Positions 1-10,724 of a stretch of DNA of 64,000 nt are shown here, piece by piece. The position numbers were made by a program, and so were the translations under genes. The DNA is from Eubacteriales bacterium. Lineage in GTDB: Bacteria > Bacillota > Clostridia > Oscillospirales > CAG-272. Positions within the stretch are counted from its first letter, which is position 1. Every line of letters begins with the position of its first letter. The stretch lies in the NCBI GenBank assembly GCA_045636465.1, contig JAZTXP010000064.1, forward strand, positions 354 to 64,353. Reading direction: 5' to 3'. Under the pieces are notes generated by a model that was given only the letters and a program-made list of their open reading frames with translations, searched no databases and was not told the DNA's origin.

Positions 1-175
1 ACACACGGCGCAAAACACCGACCTGCACTGCCGCAAGTCCGCATCCGCCTGCCGCTCTCATTGTGTCGATCATATCGTCAAGGAGAGTGATTATTCTTGG
101 GGTGATCTCTTCCACCGGTCTTGAGGTCTTGCGAAGGAGAGGATCGCCGAATTTTACTATCTTAAGTATTGCCAT
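1..175 (-). CDS. def: Peptide deformylase, 5' part only (runs off the window)
   Basis: Manual translation [25 protein letters not shown]...[16 protein letters not shown] (GxGLAAxQ motif); lies downstream of priA. Not in the ORF track. Confidence 0.93.
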   Translation of the reverse strand, partial: MAILKIVKFGDPLLRKTSRPVEEITPRIITLLDDMIDTMRAAGGCGLAAVQVGVLRRV

Positions 176-451
176 TTCTTATTCTTCCTTTATGATGATT
201 CGGCAAAAAGCCGTTTATTTATTGTAGTATTCACAAAACGAATGCTGTAAAAGCCACAAAAATGCAAATTATAGTTGTCTTTTATGCGGTGATTTTGAAA
301 TATTGTCGAGCATCTCATAAAAAGCACTGAGAGATGTTTATAAAGCTTTCCGCTCTTTTTGATATAAAAAATCAAAGGGTCAGGGGATTTAAGTCAATGA
401 AAAAAGTTACGTCCCTCTCCCCTGCCGAATTGTAAATAGGCTTGCAAAAAA

Positions 452-2692
452 TCAAAGAGTCAGAGGGTTTAAGTCTACCGAGAGGGTCACGTATCTTTCT
501 CCTGCCGAGTGGCAAAGAAGCTGATGGAAAAAGCCTCTTGATTCACGGTTGAGCTTACACTTCACCACCATACGGAGGCGATACTTCTCGTTGAGCTTAT
601 ACACCTGCGCCTCAAAGGGGCCGAAAACAGTAAAGGGCAGATGAGAATATTCTGCCGAAAGCTTCTCGCCGATGAAGGATGAAAGCTCCTTCGCATATTT
701 ATGGAGCGCCCCCTCGTCCTCTGAAGTCAGGGTCAATTGCACCATATCGCAGAAGGGGGGATATGAAAGCTCGCGGCGAATTGATATCTCGCCCTCGTAA
801 AACTTTTCGTAATCCTGAAGGCACGCAAGTCTTATTACCTCATTTTTAGGAGCGTAGGTCTGTATGACCGCCACACCGTCTGCCTCTGCTCTTCCAGCTC
901 TGCCTATTACCTGGGTAAGGAGGGAGAACGTCCTTTCCGACGCGCGGAAGTCGCTGACGAATAGCGAGGTATCCGCAAGGGCTACGCCAACGAGAGTTAC
1001 CTTAGGGAAATCGTGTCCCTTGGCCACCATCTGCGTACCGAGAAGGATATCTGCCCTCTCGGAGCGAAAATCGTCTAGCATTTTATCATAGGCGAGCTTG
1101 CCCTGTGTGGTATCCGCATCCATTCTCATAACGCGCATATCGGGTATGTATTTATTGAGTTCGCCCTCCAGCTTCTGTGTGCCGAAGCCCAGGAATGAAA
1201 GCTTATCTGATGTGCAGGATGGGCATGTCTTTGGCATTGCCGCCTCATAGCCACAGAGATGGCAAAGCAGCTTGCCGCCGCCCGCCGTTGTATGATGGGT
1301 GAGAGACACCGAGCAACGAGGACAGCTCATAACGTCGCCGCACTCCTTGCAGCTGACCTGGCTGGAATATCCTCTTCTGTTTAAGAAGATTATGGCCTGG
1401 CGGTCGTTATCGTATACCTCGTTCAGTGACCTTAGGAGTCTGTCGCTGATGGGCGACGTATTGCCGAGACGAAGCTCCTCACGCATATCCACTATCACCG
1501 CGGTGGGCAGTCCTCTGCCGCCATATCGAATGCGTAGAGGAATGAGTGTATATGCGCCCGACTCTGCCTTATGGAAGCTCTCAAGCGAGGGGGTCGCCGA
1601 GGCGAGAAGAAGAGCAGCATTATGCTGACCGCATCTGTAGGCTGCAACGTCGCGGGCATGGTATTTCGGTGAGCTTTCTGATTTATAGGTATGCTCGTGC
1701 TCCTCGTCGATGATGATGATGCCGATGTTTTCAAGGGGAGCAAATATTGCCGATCTTGTGCCGATGACAAGGTCAACGTCACCTCGCTTGATTCGCGTAT
1801 ACGCGTCAAGCCTCTCGCCCTCGGAGAGCGAGGAATGTATAACCGCTACTCTGTCGCCATAGCGACGGCAGAAAAGACTCACCGTCTGGGGCGTCAGCGA
1901 TATCTCGGGAACCAGCATTATTGCGGTTTTTTTATCGGCAATCGCTCTGTCAATAGCCTTCATTATAACCTTGGTCTTGCCCGAGCCGGTAACACCGAAG
2001 AGAAGGCCACATTTGGCCGTGGGGGCTTCGTAAAGCTCTGTAATGGTGGCAAAGGCGACCTCCTGGGCGGGGGTCAGGATGATCTCGCTTGTATCGCGCT
2101 TTGCCGAGTATTGTGAATAAGGGTTCCTGATCGCCTCATATTCCAGAACCTTGATTATCCCGCGCTCCGAGAGTGCCTTTATCTGCGAGGCGTTGTATCC
2201 CGGGATGGCGCGGATAAGCTCCATATCCGCAGAAGCGATATTCAGAAGATATGAGAGGATACGCCGCTGCCCCTCCGACCTGATGCCCTTGTTACCCGTG
2301 AGCGAAAGAAGGGTGGCTACCTCCTCTCTTGATTTATTAAGAACACAGGTTTTGTTAATTTTCAGGTTGAGGGTGTCCCTTAGCGACCCGGGCGGCAAGA
2401 TAGCACGGAGCGCCTCTCCAAAGGTACAGAGAGTATACTCCTTCATGAAAAAGCAAAGCCCGAGCATCTCCCTGTTCAGGAAAAAACGGCTCGCGTGAAC
2501 CGAATGCACGGGCTTGATATTTTCTTCCTCGGTAGCCTCCTTCAGTCTGGTGAGGACTCCGAGGCGAAGCTTATTTGCCCTGCTAAAGGGGACCTTGACG
2601 ATGCTTCCAACAGAAGCGCCGTCGGGGGCGGAGTAATCAAAGGGGCGGTCTATGTGGTACGGAACATCCAGAAGATAGACCTCGCAAATCAT
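452..2692 (-). CDS. priA: Primosomal protein N' (replication restart helicase)
   Basis: GVTGSGKT Walker A, DEEH, two CxxC zinc-binding pairs, QVIGRAGR. Confidence 0.97.
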   Translation of the reverse strand: MICEVYLLDVPYHIDRPFDYSAPDGASVGSIVKVPFSRANKLRLGVLTRLKEATEEENIKPVHSVHASRFFLNREMLGLCFFMKEYTLCTFGEALRAILPPGSLRDTLNLKINKTCVLNKSREEVATLLSLTGNKGIRSEGQRRILSYLLNIASADMELIRAIPGYNASQIKALSERGIIKVLEYEAIRNPYSQYSAKRDTSEIILTPAQEVAFATITELYEAPTAKCGLLFGVTGSGKTKVIMKAIDRAIADKKTAIMLVPEISLTPQTVSLFCRRYGDRVAVIHSSLSEGERLDAYTRIKRGDVDLVIGTRSAIFAPLENIGIIIIDEEHEHTYKSESSPKYHARDVAAYRCGQHNAALLLASATPSLESFHKAESGAYTLIPLRIRYGGRGLPTAVIVDMREELRLGNTSPISDRLLRSLNEVYDNDRQAIIFLNRRGYSSQVSCKECGDVMSCPRCSVSLTHHTTAGGGKLLCHLCGYEAAMPKTCPSCTSDKLSFLGFGTQKLEGELNKYIPDMRVMRMDADTTQGKLAYDKMLDDFRSERADILLGTQMVAKGHDFPKVTLVGVALADTSLFVSDFRASERTFSLLTQVIGRAGRAEADGVAVIQTYAPKNEVIRLACLQDYEKFYEGEISIRRELSYPPFCDMVQLTLTSEDEGALHKYAKELSSFIGEKLSAEYSHLPFTVFGPFEAQVYKLNEKYRLRMVVKCKLNRESRGFFHQLLCHSAGERYVTLSVDLNPLTL

Positions 2693-2699
2693 ATCCCGA

Positions 2700-2966
2700 T
2701 CAGTTCTCCTCGGGGCGCTTCATTACGAATCTGCCCGACTCCATTTTCGCGATAGCGATCTTAACCGCCTTCTGATCCTTATACTCGGGATCGATGAGGG
2801 CGGAGAGGGGCTTCTCTGTCTCGTGATTGTCGATGAGCTTCTGCATCTTGTTCTTCATCTCGATGTACTCATCGGTTACGATGCGGGCACTCTTTGCAAC
2901 GCCTACTACAAGCTCGTAGCGATTGAATTCGCCTTTGGTAAGTTGTTCAACGGTTGGGTAAATCAT
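2700..2966 (-). CDS. rpoZ: RNA polymerase omega subunit
   Basis: MIYP...NRYELVVGVAKSAR...KAVKIAI; position upstream of priA. Confidence 0.88.
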   Translation of the reverse strand: MIYPTVEQLTKGEFNRYELVVGVAKSARIVTDEYIEMKNKMQKLIDNHETEKPLSALIDPEYKDQKAVKIAIAKMESGRFVMKRPEEN

Positions 2967-3106
2967 TTTTATATCTCCATTTCATTTATTTGCGTTTTCC
3001 GGATGCGGTACTGTTTGCCGCGTTTTTGTTTTGCTTTTTTGGTCTTTGTTTTAGGATTTTATCGTCCCCAGCGCTTTTTGTAAACTGTATTTTACATAAA
3101 AGACAT

Positions 3107-3379
3107 TTATTCGATAGGATCCTCGTTATCTACGTCCTCGTCGGATGTGAGTCTATGAGTAATAGTTTCAGTCTGGATAGCCGAGAGGATTACATGCTCC
3201 GAGTCGGTTACGATGACCGACCTCGTTCTTCTGCCGCAGGAGGCATCTATTACTCTGCCGTCCTCCTTTGCATCCTGCACAAGGCGCTTGATGGGGGCGG
3301 AATCGGGAGAGGCGATAGCTACTATTCTCTGGGCGGATACCATATTTCCAAAGCCGATGTTAATAAATTTCATACGCAC
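3107..3379 (-). CDS. remA: RemA/DUF370 family regulator
   Basis: INIGFGN...SPDSAPIKR...[12 protein letters not shown] signature. Confidence 0.93.
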   Translation of the reverse strand: MRMKFINIGFGNMVSAQRIVAIASPDSAPIKRLVQDAKEDGRVIDASCGRRTRSVIVTDSEHVILSAIQTETITHRLTSDEDVDNEDPIE

Positions 3380-3382
3380 CTC

Positions 3383-4270
3383 TTACTCTATATTCTGTAT
3401 CTGCTCGCGGATCTTCTCAAGCTCGCCCTTCATATTGACGACGATCCTGGCGATGCGGGCGTTATTTGCCTTTGAGCCGATGGTATTGGTCTCGCGGTTT
3501 AATTCCTGCATAAGGAAATCAAGCTTTCTGCCCGACGGCTCGGGAGAACTTATGATATCGTAGAATGCGCCGAAATGAGAGCGGAGCCTTACAAGCTCCT
3601 CGTCGATGGCGATCTTATCTGCCCACACCGCGCACTCGGTAAGAAGGCGGTTTTCATCAATGGTGACGTTGTTATCATCGAGAATGGCGCGGAGCTTTGC
3701 CTCCAGCTTATCGCGGTAGCCTACCGTATCGGTATTTGATATCTCCTCAACCTCAGCAGCAAAGGCACGTACCTGCTCGATCTTCGCCTTGATGTCGGTC
3801 TCGGCCTTCTCTCCCTCAACAGTGCGCATTTCCACGTAGCCGCGAATTGCCTCGTCAAGCACCTCTCGGATGGTCTCCCATTCTGCTTCAAGGTCCTCGT
3901 CTGCTCTCGCGTAGCTGAAAACGTCCTGGTTTCTCGCCACGGTCATAACGCTGATATCATCGGCAAGACCGAAGGTATCGCGCAGGATGTGGAGAGCCTC
4001 AATATAGCTTCTCGCATAGCCCTCGTCGATGCTGACGCTGAGGTTGTCGGTTTTAAGATTCTCCACGGTGAGGAAGACGTCTACCTTGCCTCTGCCGATG
4101 GCGTTCTTCTGTACGTAGTTTTTGATTCTTTCCTCAAGGAAGATGTAGGCGCGGGGCATCTTCACGCTACAGTCGAAGTAACGGGAATTGACGCTCTTCA
4201 GTTCTACGGTTATATTCTTACACTCGCCCTCGCGCTTTGCTCTGCCGAAGGCGGTCATACTCCTTATCAT
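3383..4270 (-). CDS. yloC: YicC/YloC family endoribonuclease
   Basis: MIRSMTAFG, SVNSRY, GRKLDFLMQELNRETNTIGSK, EQIQNIE. Confidence 0.95.
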   Translation of the reverse strand: MIRSMTAFGRAKREGECKNITVELKSVNSRYFDCSVKMPRAYIFLEERIKNYVQKNAIGRGKVDVFLTVENLKTDNLSVSIDEGYARSYIEALHILRDTFGLADDISVMTVARNQDVFSYARADEDLEAEWETIREVLDEAIRGYVEMRTVEGEKAETDIKAKIEQVRAFAAEVEEISNTDTVGYRDKLEAKLRAILDDNNVTIDENRLLTECAVWADKIAIDEELVRLRSHFGAFYDIISSPEPSGRKLDFLMQELNRETNTIGSKANNARIARIVVNMKGELEKIREQIQNIE

Positions 4271-4743
4271 TGCTCATCCTCCCGAGTCAATTTCTTTCTT
4301 GGTTTTTTGTGAATTCGCTTGATCTCCTCGGTAAAGGATTCAATGTCGTTAAATTCTCTGTATACCGAGGCGAAGCGAATGTATGAAACGATGTCTATCT
4401 CTTTAAGCCTTGCAAGAACCATCTCGCCGATATCTTTTGATGTGACTTCGGTCACAAGGGAATTCTGCAGCTCCTGCTCAATAGAGGATGCGATCTCCGT
4501 GGCATCGCAGGGGCGCTTCTGGCAGGCTCTCTCAATACCTAGAGTAAGCTTATGCTTATCGAAGAATTCGGCTCTTCCGTCGCGCTTTATCACTGAGATA
4601 GGAACGGTGTCTACCACCTCATATGTGGTAAATCTCTTGCCGCAGGATGGGCATTCGCGGCGGCGCTTAATGCTGCTACCCTCGCTCACCGGACGGGAAT
4701 CAAGAACTCTGGAATCGGAAAAATTACAGACGGGACATTTCAT
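4267..4743 (-). CDS. nrdR: Transcriptional repressor NrdR (start moved to the ATG of MKCPVC)
   Basis: MKCPxC...RRRECPSCGKRFTTYE zinc ribbon, ATP cone, YIRFASVYREF. Confidence 0.96.
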   Translation of the reverse strand: MKCPVCNFSDSRVLDSRPVSEGSSIKRRRECPSCGKRFTTYEVVDTVPISVIKRDGRAEFFDKHKLTLGIERACQKRPCDATEIASSIEQELQNSLVTEVTSKDIGEMVLARLKEIDIVSYIRFASVYREFNDIESFTEEIKRIHKKPRKKLTREDEQ

Positions 4744-5170
4744 ATTAGGCTCCAACTAAAATATTTATTCATAATATTTTATCATAAATAAATTAAAAAG
4801 TAAAGAGTTTTTAGAAAATTTTATATTTTCCCCGAAAAATTATTTTTGGGGGTAAATTGTCAAAGCAAATGCGAGCAGTGACCTCTGAGGTGTATTTAGT
4901 TCAAAAAATGCTTAGCGGTTTATTATAGCTTTTTTCGGTTTTTTTCGCAAAAATGTAAAAAAACAAAGAACTATGACGGAAAAAGTCGAGAAATTATGTA
5001 ATTTTTGCTACTATACAATTCCGTTGTGCTTTTTATCTTTATCGGGAATTGTATAGCTTTTCTCGATTATTTGTCGATAACTTTTGGAAAAAGATTAGAA
5101 AATCTGAATAAAGTTTCGGCTATGGACAAAGATAAAAAAATCCGAGATCAAACGCCTCGGATTTTTCTGT

Positions 5171-5824
5171 TTATTGTAAAAGAAGCTTTACCACCTCAGA
5201 GGGGTTTTTGGCAATATAAGTGAAGCCCGATGTGGTGATCTCCTCATCTGTGCCGTGTCCCCAGAGAACGCCGAGAGAATCTATGCCGCATATTGCTGCG
5301 CCCTCCGCATCGTATTTGCGGTCGCCGATGAGGATGCATTTTGATTTATCTCTTGCACCTACGGCATCGAGGGAATATTCCAGCACCTCCCACTTTTTGT
5401 CTCTTGTAGATGATGTGGATGCTCCGCCGCAAAAGTCGAAGTATTTATCGAGGCCGAAGAGCGCCATTATCCTTCTGGCGGTATTCTCGGGCTTTGAGGT
5501 GGCGAGAACTATGGTTTTACCTGCCCCTCGAAGTGCCTCCAGCATCTCTACGATGCCGTCATATACCTTGTTCTCTGCCCAGCCGTGCTCATCGTAATAT
5601 TCACGGAAGATGGCGATAGCATTCGCCGTTTCCTCCTCGGTGAAGCCGTATTCCCTTTTCCACTCCTGGTGCAGGGGCGGACCGATGTATTTTCTGAGGC
5701 TCTCGGGCGCGCCGTATTCTATTCCGACTCTGTCAAAGGCGTACATAAAGCCCTTCACAAGTCCGACCTCTGGATCGGTAAGGGTTCCGTCCAGGTCAAA
5801 GGCTATATAATCGTATTTTTTCAA
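5171..5824 (-). CDS. HAD-IA family phosphatase (phosphoglycolate phosphatase/5'-nucleotidase-like)
   Basis: FDLDGTL, ATSK, GDRKYD motifs. Confidence 0.9.
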   Translation of the reverse strand: MKKYDYIAFDLDGTLTDPEVGLVKGFMYAFDRVGIEYGAPESLRKYIGPPLHQEWKREYGFTEEETANAIAIFREYYDEHGWAENKVYDGIVEMLEALRGAGKTIVLATSKPENTARRIMALFGLDKYFDFCGGASTSSTRDKKWEVLEYSLDAVGARDKSKCILIGDRKYDAEGAAICGIDSLGVLWGHGTDEEITTSGFTYIAKNPSEVVKLLLQ

Positions 5825-5866
5825 GCTTTTTTCGTCCTTTTTATGTTTTTTAATCCCTTTTGGCGT

Positions 5867-7210
5867 TTACACCGCGCCCTGCGCCATTATCGCCTCGGCT
5901 ACTTTAATGAAGCCTGCGATATTCGCGCCCGCAACGAGATTTCCTGTCATTCCGTACTCTTCTGCGGCTTCCGATGCGTTTTTGTAGATGTTTTCCATAA
6001 TTCCCTGAAGCTTTCCGTCAACCTCTTCGAGCGACCAGGAGAGGCGAAGAGAATTCTGACTCATCTCAAGTCCGCTTGTAGCAACTCCGCCCGCATTTGC
6101 TGCCTTGGCAGGGGCGAAAAGAACGCCTGCGGAAAGGAATTCCTTTACTGCATCCGAGGTTGAGGGCATATTTGCGCCCTCGGCTACGGCGATAACACCG
6201 TTTTTGATAAGCGCTCTTGCGGCATCCCCGTCAAGCTCGTTCTGGGTTGCGCAGGGGAGCGCGATGTGGCAAGGCACAGTCCAGATTTTACTGCAATCGG
6301 GAGTAAAGGTGGCGTTTTTATGAATTTCCACGTATTCGGATATTCTGCCGCGGCGAGCTTCTTTGATTTCCTTCACGGTATCAAGAGAAATACCACCCTT
6401 ATCGTAGATGTAGCCCGAGGAGTCGGACATTGCAACTACCCTTGCGCCGAAGGAAATAGCCTTTTCAGCCGCATAGATGGCAACGTTGCCTGAACCGGAT
6501 ATAACCACATCCTTATTTTCGAAGCTTAAGCCCTTATCACGGAGCATAGCGCGTGTAAAGTAGCAAAGACCCCAGCCTGTAGCCTGCTTTCTGCCAAGAG
6601 AGCCGCCGTAGGGAATGCCCTTGCCCGTAAGAACTCCCTCAAAGCTTCCTGTAAGGCGTCTATACTGACCGAACATATATCCGATCTCGCGAGCGCCCAC
6701 GCCGATATCGCCTGCAGGAACGTCCTCGTCCTTGCCGACGTACTTATAAAGCTCTGTCATAAAGCTCTGGCAGAAGCGCATTATCTCGCCTTCGCTTTTC
6801 CCCTTGGGATCAAAGTCGGAGCCGCCCTTACCACCGCCCATAGGAAGCCCTGTCAGGGAGTTCTTGAAGGTCTGCTCAAAGGCGAGAAATTTCATAATGC
6901 TCTCGCTGACCGAGGGGTGGAAGCGGAGACCGCCCTTATATGGGCCGATAGCGCCGTTATACTGAACGCGATAGCCGCGGTTTACTCTGATTTTGCCATT
7001 GTCGTCAAGCCAGGGAACACGGAATTTTATAATGCGCTCGGGCTCGAGAATAAGCTCGATAACGCCTCTCTCGCGGTACTCGGGATGGCGCGCGATGGCA
7101 AGCTCAAGGGATTCAAGTACCTCGAGGACTGCCTGATGGTATTCTGATTCGCCGGGATTCTTTTTTACAACCTCGGCATAAAGCTCGGATAAATATTTAT
7201 CAGAAAGCAT
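5867..7210 (-). CDS. gdhA: NADP-specific glutamate dehydrogenase (start after GGAGG RBS)
   Basis: GPYKGGLRFHP, GGGKGGSDFDPKG, DVPAGDIGVG, EGANMP. Confidence 0.96.
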   Translation of the reverse strand: MLSDKYLSELYAEVVKKNPGESEYHQAVLEVLESLELAIARHPEYRERGVIELILEPERIIKFRVPWLDDNGKIRVNRGYRVQYNGAIGPYKGGLRFHPSVSESIMKFLAFEQTFKNSLTGLPMGGGKGGSDFDPKGKSEGEIMRFCQSFMTELYKYVGKDEDVPAGDIGVGAREIGYMFGQYRRLTGSFEGVLTGKGIPYGGSLGRKQATGWGLCYFTRAMLRDKGLSFENKDVVISGSGNVAIYAAEKAISFGARVVAMSDSSGYIYDKGGISLDTVKEIKEARRGRISEYVEIHKNATFTPDCSKIWTVPCHIALPCATQNELDGDAARALIKNGVIAVAEGANMPSTSDAVKEFLSAGVLFAPAKAANAGGVATSGLEMSQNSLRLSWSLEEVDGKLQGIMENIYKNASEAAEEYGMTGNLVAGANIAGFIKVAEAIMAQGAV

Positions 7211-7321
7211 ATTTCCTCCGTATGATTTAAGAAAATTTATATACAATAACTATATCACAAAAGTGGGATAAAATCAATAGATTTCTTATATTTCATTCGT
7301 TTTTTGTAGGGGGTAGAATAG

Positions 7322-8701
7322 ATGACGGATAAAAAAATAAGACTCCCTGCCAGAGCATCGGCCTTCTATCTTATAGGTATTATCGGGTCGAGGGCGGTGG
7401 GGATTCTGACGACACCGCTTTTCACGAGAGCTATGACCGAGGCAGAATACGGCAGCTACTCTTATTATATTTCAATTCTATCCATTGCGTCAATGATATC
7501 GGGAGTCTTTCTTTTACCTACGGTGTTTTACTCGGGACTTGGCAAGTTTTCCGATAATAAAAGAGGCTTTGGCGATACAGGAATCATCCTTTCATCAGGG
7601 ATAAGCCTATGTATTTGTATAGTTTTATTTGCATTTAACGACTTTTTCAGCATAAATAAGGTGATAGCGCCAATCATACTCTTGCAAATTTTATTTGACT
7701 CGGTAGTGGCGGCGGAGCTTCAGAGATATAAGTTTTCCTATGAATATAAAAGCGTTGTGGCGATAAATTTATCAAGCGCGATACTCGGGACTATTCTTTC
7801 TCTCGCTCTCGTTTTTGGCGGCGAGATGGGAGCGATGGGACGAATACTCGGCCTTCTTATTTCGGGGGGAATTATCTCGGGAATTTTGATTTATACAAGG
7901 CGCGAGGGCGGTATTCTTGGGGGTGATGCAGGAAAATTTCTTATAAAAAATGCGCTACCCTTAATACCCGCGGTGATCGCAAGAGCATCCGTCGGCTGGG
8001 CGGACAAGCTGATAATTAAAAGAGATTTAGGGGACGCGGCGCTGGCAAAATACTCGGTGGCGCACACGGTGGGGACGGCGGCTCTCGCCCTTATCGGCGC
8101 TCTCTCATCTGCCCTTAATCCTTGGATGATCCGTAAATTGAAGGTAGGAGACGAGGAGACGGTTTTATCGGTGACAAGGGAGCTTTCCTCCATCATTTCC
8201 TGGGGCAGCGTTACGCTCCTTGCCCTCGCCCCTGAGATATTCGCTTTTTTAGCGCCAAAGAGCTATAGCGATGCCCTATACGTGATAGCACCCTTGGCTA
8301 TATCCTCCCTTCCCTTTTTCCTTTTCAGCATTGCTACGGTATTAGCAGGCTTTTTTGAAAAAACAAAGATAATTTCCCTCGCCACCGGCCTCGGTGCAAC
8401 GGTGAGTATTGTGTTGAACATCCTCCTCATACCGAGGATCGGTTTTATTGCAGGAGGCATTGCCTACCTTGCCGCCGAGATAGTTATGTATATTTTCGTA
8501 AGGCGACTTTTGCCGGGGGGCGGGCATAATACTACCGAGATGCTGACGCCTTGTAGGGAGATATACTTTGCGCTTGCAGTGGGCGGCGCATTTTTGCTCC
8601 TTTACGGAAATCTCCCCTTGCGTATCCTTCTTCTGTCAGTACCTCTCTGCGAGATGGTGAGGCACGGATTTTTCTGCCTCGGCCTGGTGAAGGAGACCTG
8701 A
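7322..8701 (+). CDS. Wzx/MurJ-like polysaccharide flippase (MOP superfamily), orphan
   Basis: About 12 hydrophobic segments; LTTPLFTR...EYGSY N-terminal motif; DKLII; LNILLIPRIG. Confidence 0.8.
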   Translation: MTDKKIRLPARASAFYLIGIIGSRAVGILTTPLFTRAMTEAEYGSYSYYISILSIASMISGVFLLPTVFYSGLGKFSDNKRGFGDTGIILSSGISLCICIVLFAFNDFFSINKVIAPIILLQILFDSVVAAELQRYKFSYEYKSVVAINLSSAILGTILSLALVFGGEMGAMGRILGLLISGGIISGILIYTRREGGILGGDAGKFLIKNALPLIPAVIARASVGWADKLIIKRDLGDAALAKYSVAHTVGTAALALIGALSSALNPWMIRKLKVGDEETVLSVTRELSSIISWGSVTLLALAPEIFAFLAPKSYSDALYVIAPLAISSLPFFLFSIATVLAGFFEKTKIISLATGLGATVSIVLNILLIPRIGFIAGGIAYLAAEIVMYIFVRRLLPGGGHNTTEMLTPCREIYFALAVGGAFLLLYGNLPLRILLLSVPLCEMVRHGFFCLGLVKET

Positions 8702-8907
8702 CTCAAAAAATAAGTGAGCAAAATATAAGAAAGAGGATACTGAAATCAAAATGATGCTTTCTTTTTTCAAAAAATAACACTTGCTTTTTATACAAATATA
8801 TGATACAATAGTCGTAAGAAAGTATTTTATTATTTATTTTATAGTCACAAATGCTTCCCCCTCCAAGCTTTCCGGATGGGATGCAGATCACAAAAGGAGA
8901 CAAAAAA

Positions 8908-9771
8908 ATGAAATCAAAGGTTTATTTTACAAGAGATATTTCCCCCGCATCGGTGCTGAAGCTCTATAAAATGCTTGGCTTTGAGCCTCAGGGCAAGGTT
9001 GCCATCAAGGTGCATTCGGGCGAGGTTGGAAACCAGAATTTCCTTCGCCCCGAGTTTTGGGCAGATATAATAAACCACGTAGGCGGTACCGTTGTTGAAT
9101 GTAACACCGCTTATGCGGGCGCAAGAAACACCACGAAAAAGCATATCAAGACCTTGAAGAAGCACGGCTGGTCGGACGCTTTCCCTGTTGATCTTCTGGA
9201 TGCAGAGGGCCCCGATATGGAGCTTCCCATTAAGAACGGTAAGGTAATTCACAAGAATTACGTTGGTAAAAATCTCGCCGATTACGGCTCGATGGTAGTG
9301 CTTTCCCACTTCAAGGGCCATCCTATGGGCGGCTACGGCGGTGCGCTGAAGCAGCTTTCTATCGGCGTGGCGTCCTCCTTCGGCAAGGCTTATATTCACG
9401 GCGCAGGTGTTCCCGAGGAAATCTGGACTGCCGACCACGATAAATTCCTTATGTCTATGGCTGACAGCGCAGGCTCGGTTATCGACTACTTTGGCGGTAA
9501 TATCGCTTATATCAACGTTATGGCAAATATGTCGGTTGACTGCGACTGCTGCGCTAAGGCTGAAGACCCCTGCATAGGCGATATAGGCGTTCTTGCATCT
9601 CTTGACCCCGTTGCTATCGACAAGGCCTGCCTCGATCTTGTTTACGCATCCGATGACGAGGGCAAGGCGCATCTTATTAAGCGCATTGAATCGAGAAACG
9701 GAATCCTTACAACCAACTCGGCGGCGGAGCTTGGACTGGGCTCGCTGGAATACGAGTTTATCGAGGTATAA
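8908..9771 (+). CDS. DUF362 family Fe-S protein
   Basis: AIKVHSGE, SHFKGHPMGGYGGALKQLSIG, DCDC, DPVAIDKA; AGGAG RBS before 8908. Confidence 0.85.
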   Translation: MKSKVYFTRDISPASVLKLYKMLGFEPQGKVAIKVHSGEVGNQNFLRPEFWADIINHVGGTVVECNTAYAGARNTTKKHIKTLKKHGWSDAFPVDLLDAEGPDMELPIKNGKVIHKNYVGKNLADYGSMVVLSHFKGHPMGGYGGALKQLSIGVASSFGKAYIHGAGVPEEIWTADHDKFLMSMADSAGSVIDYFGGNIAYINVMANMSVDCDCCAKAEDPCIGDIGVLASLDPVAIDKACLDLVYASDDEGKAHLIKRIESRNGILTTNSAAELGLGSLEYEFIEV

Positions 9772-9772
9772 T

Positions 9773-10567
9773 ATGAAAAGCATTCTGGTAACCGGCGCAG
9801 GCGGCGGTATGGGTATGGCGATAACAAGGAAGCTCGCGAATGAGGGCTACTTCGTTTTCGCTATGGACTGCCGCGACTTTGAGGCGGGAGAAAATACAGA
9901 AAAAATCATCTGCGACGTAAGAAGTGCGGAGTCGGTAAGGGCTGCCTTTGAGACGGTAAAGAGCAAATGCGACTCGCTCTACGCCATCGTACATACCGCG
10001 GGAATATATGATCTCGACTCTCTTGTTGAGATGGGCGAGGAGAGATTTACACGGATTTTCGACATCAATCTCTTCGGACTTTATAGGATAAATAAGGAGT
10101 TCCTTCCTTTGCTTTCAAGCGGCAGTAAGATCGTAATTACCTCAAGCGAGCTTGCGCCCCTTGATCCCCTGCCATTCACGGGCATTTACGCTATCACAAA
10201 GGCGGCGGTGGAAAAGTATGCCTATTCTCTCAGAATGGAGATGAATCTTCTTGGAATCCACGTTTCGGTTATTCGTCCGGGAGCGACGAAAACGCCCCTT
10301 CTCGGTGACTCCACCAGCGCTCTTGATAAATTCGTTGAGGGCACAAGGCTCTATAAGACCAATTCAAAAAGATTCAAGAAAATTGTCGATAGCGTTGAAG
10401 CAAAAAATGTCTCGCCCGATGTTATCGGAGAGACTACATATCGCATAATTCAGGCAGAAATGCCAAGATATATTTACAATATCAATAGAAATCCTCTGCT
10501 TTTGATACTCAATGCGCTTCCGCAGAGACTCCAGAATTTTATCATTAAGTTGATCTTGACCAAGTGA
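9773..10567 (+). CDS. SDR family NAD(P)-dependent oxidoreductase
   Basis: TGAGGGMG Rossmann motif and YAITK catalytic motif; ATG 1 nt after the upstream stop. Confidence 0.9.
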   Translation: MKSILVTGAGGGMGMAITRKLANEGYFVFAMDCRDFEAGENTEKIICDVRSAESVRAAFETVKSKCDSLYAIVHTAGIYDLDSLVEMGEERFTRIFDINLFGLYRINKEFLPLLSSGSKIVITSSELAPLDPLPFTGIYAITKAAVEKYAYSLRMEMNLLGIHVSVIRPGATKTPLLGDSTSALDKFVEGTRLYKTNSKRFKKIVDSVEAKNVSPDVIGETTYRIIQAEMPRYIYNINRNPLLLILNALPQRLQNFIIKLILTK

Positions 10568-10724
10568 TTTAACGAAACCGTCTTTTATATTTTAGATTAT
10601 ACATAATCGAAAAATCTTGAACTGTTTTTTATTAAAAACTTAATAAAAAACTACCTCTCAGATCTGTGTTTTTACAGAAATGAGGGGTAGTCTTTTTTGT
10701 TTATAAATCGATCTAAAATCAGCC

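Noticed and set aside
7322-8701. Capsule/EPS locus
   Set aside because: The flippase stands alone, with no glycosyltransferase or polymerase neighbours.
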